Shown here: positions 49,442 through 61,756 of the stretch, piece after piece
How positions within the stretch are numbered: the first letter of the stretch is position 1
Layout: each line of letters begins with the position of its first letter
Source of the DNA: Eledone cirrhosa
Taxonomy: Eukaryota
Length of the DNA: 64,000 bases
Direction of reading: 5' to 3'
Assembly: GCA_964016885.1 (NCBI GenBank)
Contig: OZ024741.1
Coordinates: 278,256,001-278,320,000, forward strand
Notes under the pieces: generated by a model
The model's input: only the letters and a program-made list of their open reading frames with translations
Told to the model about the DNA's origin: nothing
The model's database searches: none
Made by a program: the position numbers and the translations under genes

Positions 49442-50597
49442 AGGAAAAAGTATGACCTCGACGGCAGAGCTCAAGCCGTTTCGATGGTGGAGTACTGAGG
49501 CTACAAACCTGGTTAAAAACATCTCCCTCCGCATATCTCGTTCGTCCGCTAATGAGCAGATATTCGATGAACATGTGCCTCATTACAATCAGGCCCTCAA
49601 GCGGAGTGGCTTCCGGGAGGAAATATCCTTTTACCCAGCTTCCCTTAGTGGAACCAGCAGGCAACACCACCGCTCACGTAACATAACGTGGTTCAATCCT
49701 CCCCACAATGCCGAGGTGGCAACACCTATCGGGAAAATCTTCTTTAGGCTCCTCAAAAAACACTTCCCACTACAACACCGCTACCACAACATAATCAACA
49801 AAAACACCATCAAACTCTCCTACAGCACCACACCTAACTTCGCACAAAACATCGTCTCCTCAAACAACAAAAAACTCAACCCCTATGGAAGAAACAACCT
49901 AGACATCAGTGGAGAGCCGACCAGGAGGTGTAACTGCCCTGATAGATCAACGTGCCCCCTCAACAACAGTTGCCGAGAACGTAACGTGATCTACCAGTGC
50001 AACGTGAAGACGGACACCTCCAACAAAGCTTATATAGGATTAACCGCTTGTGACTTTAAGACCCGGCTCTACCAACACCGACATACTTTCCGAAACCCGG
50101 TCCGGCGACATGCCACTACACTTTCGGGCCACATCTGGGACCTCCAAGATAATAATATAACCTACAATCTCACTTGGAGCTTACTGTCCAGAGCTAACTC
50201 TTACACGGGAGGACGCCGTCTGTGTAACTTATGCTTGGAGGAAACATTACAAATGCTGTTTTCGAAGGACCAACTCCTAAACAAGAAAGACGAACTGGTA
50301 ACCGCATGCAAACACAGATTGCGTAGGACTTACCTCGCCCTCAAACCCCATAACGACCCGGGTGGGTAGACAAGGGCTGATACCCCCACTTGCCGAATAA
50401 GTTAGGGGAAACCCCAGCTTACATAGGTAGATGTACCTCTTTTCTTTTCCTCTATGTTGTCTTCTTCCACCTGTCTCCTTCCCCCTGTCTCATCCTATCA
50501 CTTCCTTCCACCCCTGATCTTCTTCCTCGTCTGTTTTTCCCCTTCCGCCTACCCCGATGCAGCCCATCAGGCCTCTGTAGCCTCAGTACCCACACCC
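49442..50597 (+). mobile_element. 5'-truncated Penelope-like element (end of RT + GIY-YIG endonuclease, open to 50369)
   Basis: NITWFNPP; IKLSYS; [15 protein letters not shown]; [19 protein letters not shown]; CNLCLEE; 14-bp inverted match gtactgaggctaca (49492-49505) / 50576-50589. Confidence 0.88.
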
Positions 50598-51611
50598 CTG
50601 TAATTTTAAGATAGAATTGGCTGAATACACTTTATTAACTATTTATAGCAGATGTGTTAGACTCCTGTAATTTTGTATCATTTTTGTTACTACTCCAATT
50701 CTACAATTTCAATATTTCTTATTTAGTATTTTCTATTCTCAACTTATTAACCTGTAATTGTAAGATAGCATTGGCGGAATACGTTTTACTAACTATTTTT
50801 AGCAGCTGTGTTAGACCCCTGAAAAGTTTGCATTATATTTTTTGCCATGCTTTCCAGCATAGTTACGTCCCTTTACGATCTGAGTTCAAATCCCGCCGAG
50901 GTTGACTTTGCCTTTCATCCTTACGGGGTCGATAAAATAAAGTACCAGTAATGTACTGGGTAATTGCTGGCCTTGTGCCTAAAGTAGAAATAATTATATT
51001 TTTTCACTACCCACTTCTACAATTTCTAATTTAGTATTTTCGATTCTCAACTTATTAACCTTTTCTATAGCTTTGGCCATACAAGCAACACCTACTAATT
51101 ATAGCAGCTGTCTCTAGACTCTACTGTTTTTTTGTTTTTTTTTATTCATTTCTCACGATCTAATTTTATATATTTTCTTTATATTTCTTTCTATTATTTT
51201 TCATTGTCTCCTACTCTCATTTGACTTACCTACTCTATTACTTCCCTCCTTCATTTTCTTCAGAACAATTTTTTGACTTTTCATACACTATCCTGAGAAT
51301 CTGCTGTATAGATTTCACTTTCAATGCTTGACCGGCTCCACTCACTCCCTCATTGTTCTACAGGCAAGTTCAGCCACCCCTACCTCCCACCAAAATGCCA
51401 TGACAGACTTATTTGTGTTTACAACAAATTTTAACCAATCCTCTTCACAACTACAATCTTCCGATATAAGGAAGTACCCCTTGACAAGTTCGGCTATTTA
51501 TTTACCAGGCTAAAAATTCTAATTTAGTCCAGAAATAGCGTCGAAACGGCTTGAGCTCTGCCGTCGAGGTAATACTTTTTCCTATTACCCACTCTACTAC
51601 CCTAAGTATTG

Positions 51612-52048
51612 TAAGGCCTGTGTGAAGTGCGCGATGCTGCATGGTAGTGAGACATGGGCAGCAACTACAGAGGATATGTGACAGTTGGAGAGAAATGAAG
51701 CAAGCATGCTCTGTTGGATGTGCAATATCAATGTGCATGAACAATCAAGCATAGATGAATTGAGTAAGAAACTGTATAAGAGGGATAAGTTGTGGTGTGT
51801 GGGAGAGAAGACTGCGATGGTATGGACATGTGATGCGCATGGAGGATGACCACTGGACAAAGAAGTACCAAGAAATCCCAGTAGAAGGAAGACCACGAAA
51901 AACATGAATGGAGGTGGTGAGAGCAGACTTCAGATCGCTGAAGCTCACAGAGATGACGAAGGACCATGACAAGTAGAGAGATGCTGTGCTGAATAGGCCC
52001 TGTCCCACCCTTGCAAGCAGGGAAAAGCGGACGTAAAATGATGATGAT
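51612..52048 (+). mobile_element. Decayed RTE 3' end followed by (TA)n
   Basis: gcgatgctgcatggtagtgagacatgg (AMLHGSETW); tail aaaatgatgatgat|tatatatata. Confidence 0.8.
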
Positions 52049-52414
52049 TATATATATATATATATATATGTATGTGTATATATATTTGTATGTGTATATA
52101 GATATGTATATGTATATATATATATATATGTGTGTCTGTGTGTATATATATTTGTATGTGTATATATATATGTATATATGTACATATATATATATATATT
52201 TGTATCATCGTCACCATCATCATCTTCGTTTAACGTCCATCTTCCACACTAGCATGAGTTAGTATGTGTATGTGTATATATATATATGTATATATATATA
52301 TATGTTTGTATATATATATGTATATATGTTTGTATGTATATATATATGTATATATATATATATATTTATGTATATATATATGTATGTATATATATATGTA
52401 TGTATATATGTATG

Positions 52415-53390
52415 TAGAGAGGTAGAACACTGGAAGGTAATATCCATAGTGGTACATCACTTAGTCCATGGGACGAGTTTGGTAGAATTAGAAACACAAC
52501 AGTTAGTTCACCATACTGAGAACAATTGTTTCACCTTAAGCGGATCTTCAGCTCGGACTGGTAATGGCTATACAGAACAGGAAGAACAACTGTATGAACA
52601 CGCATGTGGAGAAACGGTCACTTCACCCAAACGATACAAAACCACGGGCGAAAGGTGTAAGGGAGATAACTGCGAATGTCCGGAAAAAATATTCGAGTTG
52701 ATTAGACAATTAGAATCTTGTTATTCAATCTGGAGCTTTGTAGTTATGCAAGAGGTGTTTTTAGACTTGTGGACAACGTGAGAAGATTTCATTTCTTGGA
52801 TTTAGGCAATCGTTATTGCGTAATCTCCTTAGAATATCTATCCTTTCTTCAATACAGTCCACAAGACGGATTGCCCCTAGCGTATGGTTTCCATTGAATG
52901 GAGTAGTGTATACCTGAGTCTTTGAGGGACCATACATGGCTCGCGAACTTCATGGATGATCGTTTGTCCGGGTACCTAAAGGTCGACTGATGGTGCATGA
53001 AACGTTCCTTAAATCAGCCCTCCGCCATACCTACATAGGATTTGACCTCCTGTGGTTGTTTTGGTCAGTTGGAAGTGACCACAGCTTCATAAACTACAGC
53101 AGGTGTGTTGCATTGCTGTTGAAGGGGACAAGCTTCAGGCTTTCGGCAAGAGCATCCTGGTGGGGTGCCGCTCTTAGGACTGTTGGTGATGTGGGCCTTC
53201 ATATTCTTAGCGCAGGAGTACCCTAGTTTTCCTTTGTGTCTGTTAAAGATGGAGCGGTATTTGTGACCTATAGGAAAGTGTCTATCTAAGAGAGCTAAAC
53301 ATTTTTTTTCTACATTAGTTTTAACATTGAGTGAGAAGGGAGGAGAGAACCAGATAGTTTGTCTATTGTTACGATTTCTTTTCTTATTGC
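52415..53390 (-). mobile_element. Second Penelope-like GIY-YIG element, pseudogenised
   Basis: Minus-strand RQTIWFSPPFSLNVKTNV..RHFP..SIFNR..LGYSC; CSCRKPEACPLQQQC; VVYEA..SYVGMAE..FKERF, with stops; adjacent (TA)n. Confidence 0.8.
52516..52556 (-). ncRNA. Minimal type I hammerhead ribozyme motif in the PLE 3' region
   Basis: ccGAG-CUGAAGA-uCCgcuuaaGGu-GAAA-CAAUUG-U-U^-CUCag; palindromic stem III; weak stems I and II. Confidence 0.65.
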
Positions 53391-53392
53391 TG

Positions 53393-54910
53393 TTGATTTC
53401 TACAGCTGGATACCCTTCCTAACACCAACCTCATTTACAGTGAGTGCTGGTTGCTTTTTTTTAGTGGCGCCTACATGACCACTTTGCAGTGGGAGGGGAT
53501 GGGGGCATATTGTCTATATGCTTCAGCTTCGGCTTGTTCCCGTGGGAAGTCGGGTCTTCTGTATTACTGCGTGACGCCAGAGGTCATGGTCCTGTGTCAT
53601 CGCCTTTGAGAGGTGCAATTAGGCATGGTCTGCTTTTATCACCTCATCCCTGGTCTTCCTGTGTCTCCCCACTCCACGGCTTCCATCAACTTTTTGTACT
53701 TTGTACCTTTTTATGCAGCTGTCATCCTTCAAAGGCAAAACGTATCCATACCAACGTATCCTCCTTTCCTTGATTCCTCTTATGTTCAGTCTCTTTTTCA
53801 ATTCGTTCATACTTTACCATTCGCATCGGATCATGCAAGCTTCATTTCTTTCTAATCTACTGTCCCGGTGCAGCTGCTACATGTAAAGCCTACATTCCTA
53901 ACTAAACTTCCTGAGATCCCACTACATCTCTTGTGTACCCATAGTTAGCATTTGGGGCAGAGAATGGAATTCCTACCTACACTTTTCCTACATACTGAGC
54001 AAGGCCATTTCTCTGAGGGGATCTGGGTTCTGTTTTCTCGTCTACTTACGAGGACCTTAGTCTTTGTCAGGTTGACTTTGAGACTCCTTCTTTCTAGTCT
54101 ATTCTTCCATGTTTGGAATTTCTTCTTTAGTTTCGCCATAGATTCAGCTATAAGTGTAAGATCATCCGGATGCAGAAGTTCCCATGGGCATCCTGTCTTA
54201 AACTCCTCTGTTATAGCCTGCAATATGATAATAAACAGGAGAGGGCTAAGAATAGAGCCCTGGTGGACACCGACCTGTATGCTAAATAGTCATTGTTAAC
54301 CCTAACTTTGCTGACTGCTCCCCTTTCACAAGCCATTCATCTACTCCTAGTTTTCTAAGAGCCCACCAGATTATAGCACGGCGCACTCTGTCAATGGCTT
54401 TTTCTAGATCGACAAATGCCAGGTAGAGCTGCTTACTTTTAGCTAGGTACTTTTCCTGTAACTGCCACACAAGGAAAAGAGCATCAGTGGTGCTTTTTCC
54501 CAGCACAAACCCAAACTGCATCTCATCTAGTTTTACCCGGCCCCTCATCAACTGTGCTATAACTCTTTCTGTTACTTTCATGACCTTGTCCATCAGCTTT
54601 ATACCTGTATAGTTTCCTCTATCTAGTGCATCTCCTTTACCCTTGTAGCAGTTGAGAATGATGCTGCTGCATCAATCCTTTGGTATGACACCCTCTTGTA
54701 TTACCTGGTTAACAATACGTGTGGTGATGGTGTGACTTACCGACCCAGATGCTTTCAGCACCTTGGCAGCTATACCTGATGTCTTCATATCTTTAATTGC
54801 CTTACTTACTACGCTGATACTGACTTGTATTGCTGGTCCCTGTATAGGGTCCACTTGGGGTAGAGTCTCTTTCTCCCATGCATTCTCCTCATTTAATAAT
54901 CTTTCATAAT
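53393..54910 (-). mobile_element. Decayed antisense RTE LINE (RT + partial PHD, internal deletion)
   Basis: ORF pieces 54672-54968, 54282-54593, 53945-54223 and 53619-53810 homologous to copy B; 5' end abuts (TA)n. Confidence 0.88.
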
Positions 54911-54989
54911 ATATATATATATACACACAGGATGAAACCAATATTAAACTAGTTAGACCATTATTCATTGTTAACAGGTTTCAGGTCTC

Positions 54990-55270
54990 TGGCGCCAGTT
55001 TATTCTGGGATATCCTTTTTCGCCTCTTTCCATGGGGGAACCAATACAGGGCCTGATTACCATGTACCGACCAGTCAAATCGATGCTTGCACATAATGTT
55101 AGACACATGTTATTGCTGAGTTCGTTGACAGACTTCTTTGTTAGTGATGAAGTTATTCCACCCGATACCAAGGATTTTGTTTAGGCATTTGGTGTTACAA
55201 TCATCTGATTAGTTCTCATGGCTGGTCATTGCACTCAATGTTTTGGTCCCATACAGGAGCATTGAAAGCA
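54990..55270 (-). mobile_element. Old LINE RT C-terminal remnant of another family
   Basis: Minus-strand LSMLLYGTKT...KCLNKILGIGWNNFITNKEVCQRT. Confidence 0.55.
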
Positions 55271-56123
55271 AATCATGAGGTTAAGAGAAACATAATCACA
55301 AGTTGAATAATGCAAAGATTGGGAACTATAAGATGTTTGTGTGATGATAAACTGTATGAATGATTGGGCAGAATAAAATGAATGAGTTGTGATTGCATGT
55401 GTTTAGAGCTATGTAGAAATGGAGAGAGAAAGATAGGCTAATGTTGGGAATGAAAAGATGTAAGAGATACATGACAGGTTATTATACTCACTGACCTACA
55501 GCCATGAGTAGCTGAGAACCTCTGCTGTTATCAAAATCTGTGACAAAAAAGGTTGAGCGAGAGCTGGTGGAACAGTCAAAGTCACATTGTTGAAATTACC
55601 GTTTATACTCATATATAAGCTGAGACATATGTGACAAAAAAAATTGATGGTAAAATGGAGGAGGGATGGGCAGCTTATATTTGAGATCAATAATTTGATG
55701 ATTTTCACCAACTTCAAATTCTACGTAAATAAGGTGCTAAAATACCCGGAGTGACTCTTTTACAATAAAAAACTGTTTTTCTACATTTACTGCAGTGTCA
55801 TGAGTGTTATTTATGGATTCTCTTGAGAACATTACCAACAATGTTTTATATTTGAACTTTTAAATACATAAATATATCCTACACATACACGTAAACACAT
55901 GAACTCACACACATACAGGCATACATACATGTGCTGATTGTTTTTTCTGTGACCTAATTATATTTTTTCTTTCAATTTTACTTCTGTTTTGTATTTTATT
56001 GCTCTCACTCTCTTTCTCCCTTTTCTCACTCTTGCCCTCTCTTTTTCTTGTTCTGCCTCTCCTCTCTCTTGTTTTTTGTCTCTCCCTCCCCCTTCTATTC
56101 TGAATTCTTATACAACATTCTCT

Positions 56124-56568
56124 TAATAGAGGTGTATATGAAAACATTTATAATACATTTATACACAATAAACATATGGGTAGCCTCGCTACTGAAGAAA
56201 AATATTTTTTCTTAATGAAACAAAATAAAACGCAAATGACCAATTCATGCGATGTTTCCTATATGCAAATGAGCATCATCAGCAAGTGATCATCATGCAA
56301 AATTCTATATTGGCTTCAGACTATTCCATGCTAGTAAGTTTTGAGTGAGCATTACTGATGAAAGATTAACAAATCTTGTAACAATGTTGTCTGACACTCT
56401 CAGAACATACTGGCAACTTGCTAATATATTCACTGAGGAAAATAGAGAAAAATAAAATTTTTTTTATTTAATATCATTTTGTTTTGTTACAAAAAATATT
56501 TTCTTCGGCAGCGAGGCTACACATATGTATATAATGTATTATATATGTTTATATATACACCTCTATTA
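56124..56568. mobile_element. Unclassified MITE-like element with ~85-bp imperfect TIRs
   Basis: taatagaggtgtata..gtagcctcgct..gaagaaaaatatt versus aatattttcttc..agcgaggctac..tatacacctctatta. Confidence 0.65.
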
Positions 56569-58754
56569 TGTTTAAATGCTGTCTTAGTACGACTGCCAAT
56601 TAAATGTTCTCTTAGTCAATCTCTTTCTTTCAACCATCCCCTATTCATTATCCCCATGTATAGGTGTTCAATTTCCCCATCTAAATGTTGATTAGCTGCC
56701 TCAGTTTATACATAAGGTTTGGATTTTTGTTCATTTCTCAAATATAAAATGGGGTGGGGGTGCTTATATTCGGATCAGCTTATATTTGAGTATATACAAT
56801 AATTCTAAATTCAAATGATTTTTTTCCAGTAATTAACTATTACAAATATAAACTGTATTTCACAATTCTGAGAATGATTTTACTCATTTTCTATTGTTGG
56901 TGTTGTTGTTATTTAGCCCTAGAGTATCCCTTATCATCTTAGGTGTTCCAGCCATGACCATCCTACTTAGTTTTTAAAGGAAATACATTATGCAATGTGT
57001 CCTTTTGTAATACAGTTGAATATAAATTGAGTAAAATGTAGCTGCTATAATGTAACAGAGGAACGACATGGAGGTGGTTCCCTCTATGGTTTCTACTCTA
57101 TCATTAATGAGGTGAATTGGCAGAGTTGTTAGACTGCCAGTTAGACTGCTTTGTGGGATTCTTCCTGCTTTCTTTGCTCTCTATGTTCAAATCTCGTTGA
57201 GGTCAACTTTGCCTTTCATCCTTTTGAGGTCGATAAAAATGTACCAGTCAAGTACTGAGGTAGATTCTTTCTCTATATCTCTTTCTCACTTCCATTCTCT
57301 CATACTCTATCCTTCTCTGGAAGAAATCTGCTGTGTTCAGATCTGGAGAGGAGATAGGCTCTGCTAGGTTTAAAAATGCCCAAGAAATGCTGTATACCAT
57401 TACAGTTCTCCTATGGCTCCATCAGGAGTTACAGGACCATACATGTATATCATTAATCTATAAATTTTCTAATAATGAGAGTTTTTAAAAAATATCTCCA
57501 TTTGTAAGTGTCTAAAAGTAGCTGCATATATTCTATTAAAATTAGTGTGAAATAAAAAAAAAAATGATGCTGAGATTTATTGAAAGGAAAAAACAAAAGG
57601 ACAACGAATGTTAAATGCATGAAAATGCATAAAATACCCACAAAAAAAAACCAAACAAACCAAAAAATAAAAGCAAAAAAAAAAATAAATAAAAGAAAAA
57701 GCTAAAGGATCATTTTAAAGTTTACTCGGAATAATATTGACCAATTTTTAGTTTAAGTAGTAAATGCACAAAATAAATTGATAAATGAATTGCTGACTGC
57801 TTTCCAGTCTGAATGCTTGTCTGCCAAGTGTAGTAAATGATGGATTGATGAAACCAAATAAACAAACAAATAGACAGACAGACAAACAGACAGACAGACA
57901 AACAGACAGACAAACAGACAAACAAGCAGATTAATGAATGAACTAGAGAAAAGAAGGTTTCTATAGTGAAACAACTGTCTGAATTGTGGCTATATTAAAC
58001 CGAATCAATGAATAATCTCTATTTATGAATCGTCCAACAGTTTTTGCTCTAATGTTTCACTTGAGAGCCGTATCAATTCTACAAAATGGTTGATGCACTT
58101 TCTTTCTCAGTAAAATCAATTATCAAATAACTGACACCAACACAACTATTTCTCTTGCTTCTTTTGTATTTTATTTTATTGTATGTTTTTATTTATTTAT
58201 TTATTTATCTTTTTATTTATTCATTTATTATTTACTTATTTATTTATTTATTTTGGGCTCTTTGTATCCCATGCATATTTGAATGAAAATGTTAATTTAT
58301 TATTCAGAAATAATTTTAGAGCCTATAATAAAGGAAGAGAGAAAAAGCAAGAAAAAAAAAAGCAAAAAGAAAAGCACTCAGTGAAATCTTCTATTTCAGA
58401 TTTAGGGTATTTACAGAATTCTTTAATGAAAGAATACATGTCTCGAAAACATGTTCTTTACCACCCTTATCTCTCTCTCCACCCCACCACTAGCATCTCC
58501 ATACCCACCACTAACATCTACACACCCACCACTGCCATCATTACACCTCCACCTGTATATCTTTATTATATCTCTGAGGTACATATAGATATGAATGACT
58601 GTATGAAATATGTATGTATCTCGTTATAAAGAATTCGGTCGATCTTGTTACAACAAATTTTATATATATATATACATATTTCATACATACATACATATTT
58701 CATATAACAACATTTTGTTATAATGGTATTTGTTATAACGGAATTTTACCTGAA

Positions 58755-59340
58755 GCCGCTAGAATTGGTTGAGGACTTCCTGTATCTGGGAGCAAAGATT
58801 AGGATACAGAAGATGATGTGGTCGAGAGGAAGAGAAAAGGCTGGCCGGTGTGCCACAGTTTGAGATCGGTGTGGAAGTCGAACCTTCGTAAAGACCTGAA
58901 AATCCATCTCTTTGTTGTTGTAGTGGAGTCTGTGTTACTGTATGGGTCTGAGACTTGGACACTGACCAAGAAACTCAATAAGATGGTGGATGGGTGCTAC
59001 ACGAGAATACTGAAGATGGCTCTGAACATTAATCAGTATACACTGAGGATGAACAACTCAGAGCTGTATGGGAGCCTCCCAAAAATCAGCTCAAAAGTAG
59101 CACAGAGGAGACTGAGGTTAGCTGGACATGCTCACTGACATCCAGAGTTGACACTACACTCAGTGCTCTTGTGGGAGTCCCTGCATGGACACACTAGAAG
59201 AGGAATACCGAGGTTGACATATGTTGATGCCCTAAGGATAGACACTGGTCTCTTGGAGACGCAGGACATGGCAGCGATGATGAGGGACAGAGACCGCTGG
59301 AGAGAACTTGTCCATGGATCTCAGGAATTTTACCCGCCCT
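58755..59340 (+). mobile_element. Decayed 3' end of a different RTE-like LINE, followed by (TA)n
   Basis: VESVLLYGSETWTLTK..DGCYTRIL..RRLRLAGH; RGIPRLTYVD. Confidence 0.8.
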
Positions 59341-59371
59341 AGATATATATATGTGTATATATATATATATG

Positions 59372-59410
<39 letters not shown>

Positions 59411-59412
<2 letters not shown>

Positions 59413-59567
59413 CGAAGGAGTTGTGGTAAGGAACCAGATGGACCATAACGCACCAGAGTACTCAATAGGGTAGTAGAGTTAGTAATAGGAGAAAGTATGA
59501 CCCCAACGGCAGAGCTCAAGCCATTTCGAAATGGCTTGAGCTCTGCCGTCGGGGTCATACTTTCTCA
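59411..59567. mobile_element. Fold-back PLE pLTR fragment between (TA)n tracts
   Basis: ~39-bp arms centred on tttcgaaa; same sequence at 49442-49484 and 51541-51610. Confidence 0.65.
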
Positions 59568-59849
59568 TATATATATATATATACATGTAAACGCATATTG
59601 TGGGAATGCATTGCTGGCATCATTATCATTATTGTCATGATGTCACCATCATCATCATCATCAGGTCACAGAGAGTGTGATTGGCCAGGTCACAGACAGG
59701 GATATGAAAGTTTTGACACCAAAAATTTGAAAAAAAATAATAAACAACCGTCGGCCTTCAGGACGCATGGTAGATTTTTGAGACTTATTTTAGGAATTAA
59801 GTAGCATCTTCAACACTGGGAAATATGGTAAGTTTTTGTGTGATTCTAA

Positions 59850-60175
59850 ATTATTGAAATGACTCTTCCATAATGTCATTGTTTTAGATTGAGCACACAG
59901 TCTTAGACCAAGTCACTTGCTAGGCATGTGCAACTGTGGCTAAAATGACTCTTCCATGCAATAATTGTTTTAGTTTGAACACACTCTCAGATCTAGTCAT
60001 TTGCTAGACAAATACAATTGTGGTTTAAATGACTGTTTTATGCTGTAATTATTATTTTTTTCAAGTAAATACCAGACAAGTACAACTGTGGCTAAAATGA
60101 CTTTTCCATGATGTAATTATATTAGCTTCAACACTGGGTCTCAGTTCTAGTCACTTGTCAGACATGTACAACTCA
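59850..60175. repeat. Degenerate ~80-bp tandem repeat (about 4 units)
   Basis: aaatgactcttccat..ttgttttag..agtcacttgctag.ca.gt.caactgtggct repeated. Confidence 0.6.
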
Positions 60176-61756
60176 GAAATACCAGCAAAATAACTGTAGA
60201 ATTCACTCTATTTACCTATCAACACCTCTGAGTGTTTTACAGGATGTGTGTGGTATAAATGTGTGGAAGCATGCGTGGTCTCTGTTTCTATGCATGTGTA
60301 GGTGTGTTTGTATGTGTGTTATATCTCTTTCTCTCAGCTCCACTTTGTCTTCCTTGCTTTTCCCCCATCCTCCTCTTCACCCACTGAGTACACCCACCCC
60401 TCTCTTACTACACTAATTATGGAATCTTAACTCTGTTGTTTAGCTCCACCTACAACTGTCAATCACACCCCATACTCCCACTGTATACACCCACATAGTA
60501 CACCCACTTCTCTTGTTTTTTTTCTAGACTAAGAGTGGAATCCTAAACCTGTCATTTAACTACACCTACAACTGTTAATCATCCTACCATATCTACCATC
60601 TCTCAATAACATACTCTTTTAAAATTTTACTTGAATTCTTAACTCTTTAACATTTAAATTACTTTATATTTACTATTGTATTTTCATAGTAAATACTTTA
60701 TTCACATAATTATCTCATAATATTGAATCTATGAAATTTTGATATTATTTATTTTGTGAACAATACCTTAACGTCATTATAAGTGTCTAGTTATGGCTGG
60801 TTTGAACAGAAAGAGGTAAGAGAATTCTGGCCGGATATGGCCAGTTAAAATGCTAAAGGGTTAATGAAGGAAACAGAATTAATCCTATAAGAGTCACTTT
60901 TTAATAAATCAACATATACTATATATATATATATGATTAAAGTTTTCGCTCCGAGATATCTGTATACATTTAAGTATGTGATTTTTGTATATCTAATGAT
61001 ATGTGGTATGTTTTCAAATAAACATTTTGAGAGCAAACAGAAAAAACAGCAAATGACACAGTACAATGAGGAAATACATTATTAGTTTTACACTTGATAT
61101 AGTAGGAAAAAATTCTTAATGTTTAGAATTAGAAAATAAAATGAGAAATTAAAGAAAAATAGAAGGATTGAGGTGATGTGCAGTGGCAGAAATGGAAAAA
61201 AATTTTTTAGTGAAAAATAACAGGTCGATTCATGTTGTCATCTCTTGGAAAATTGTTGATGCTGGCGTTTTGTGTAAGATAATCATGTTTTAAAAAGTGG
61301 TGATCGAGCGCGTCTATCTGAAAAAAAAAAAGCGTTTTGTATATAGAGCCATTTGTGTGAGTGTACATGTGTATGTGTGTTTGTATATGTCCATATGAAG
61401 CTAAGAGGATATGTGTAGGATATGTATATGTAAGTATAAGAGTGTGTGAGTGTCTTTGTAAGTATGAAGCTGTAAGCAAACGTGTGTGTATATAAGGGTG
61501 TGTGTGTGTTTTTGCCTGTATATATATATATTGTATGATAGAGTAAACATAAAAAGCTATCCACATTACAGACATATTTTCTCTAGTAGGTAGGTTGTTG
61601 TGTTGCCCCATGGTTCTCATTCATTCTGTTATTCTATACTTTATAAAATAACATTAAACTATACAACTCTGGTCATTATATTGTTTATAGGTATTCTTCA
61701 GTTTTGTTGATGCCATTGTTGTATTTTTGTTGTTATTATTATTGGTAGAGTGGTAT

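Noticed and set aside
49218-49505. Hydrophobic YI-rich N-terminus of the 383-aa ORF
   Set aside because: (TA)n read-through plus an inverted pLTR fragment; not part of the PLE protein
50374-50430. Hammerhead-like motif after the GIY-YIG stop (ctgata-cccc...gggg-aaac)
   Set aside because: Core lacks the conserved G of CUGANGA and no convincing stem I forms
55490-55620. Possible minus-strand exon (ttttttgtcacag ... gtgagt)
   Set aside because: No recognisable protein similarity and ambiguous frame
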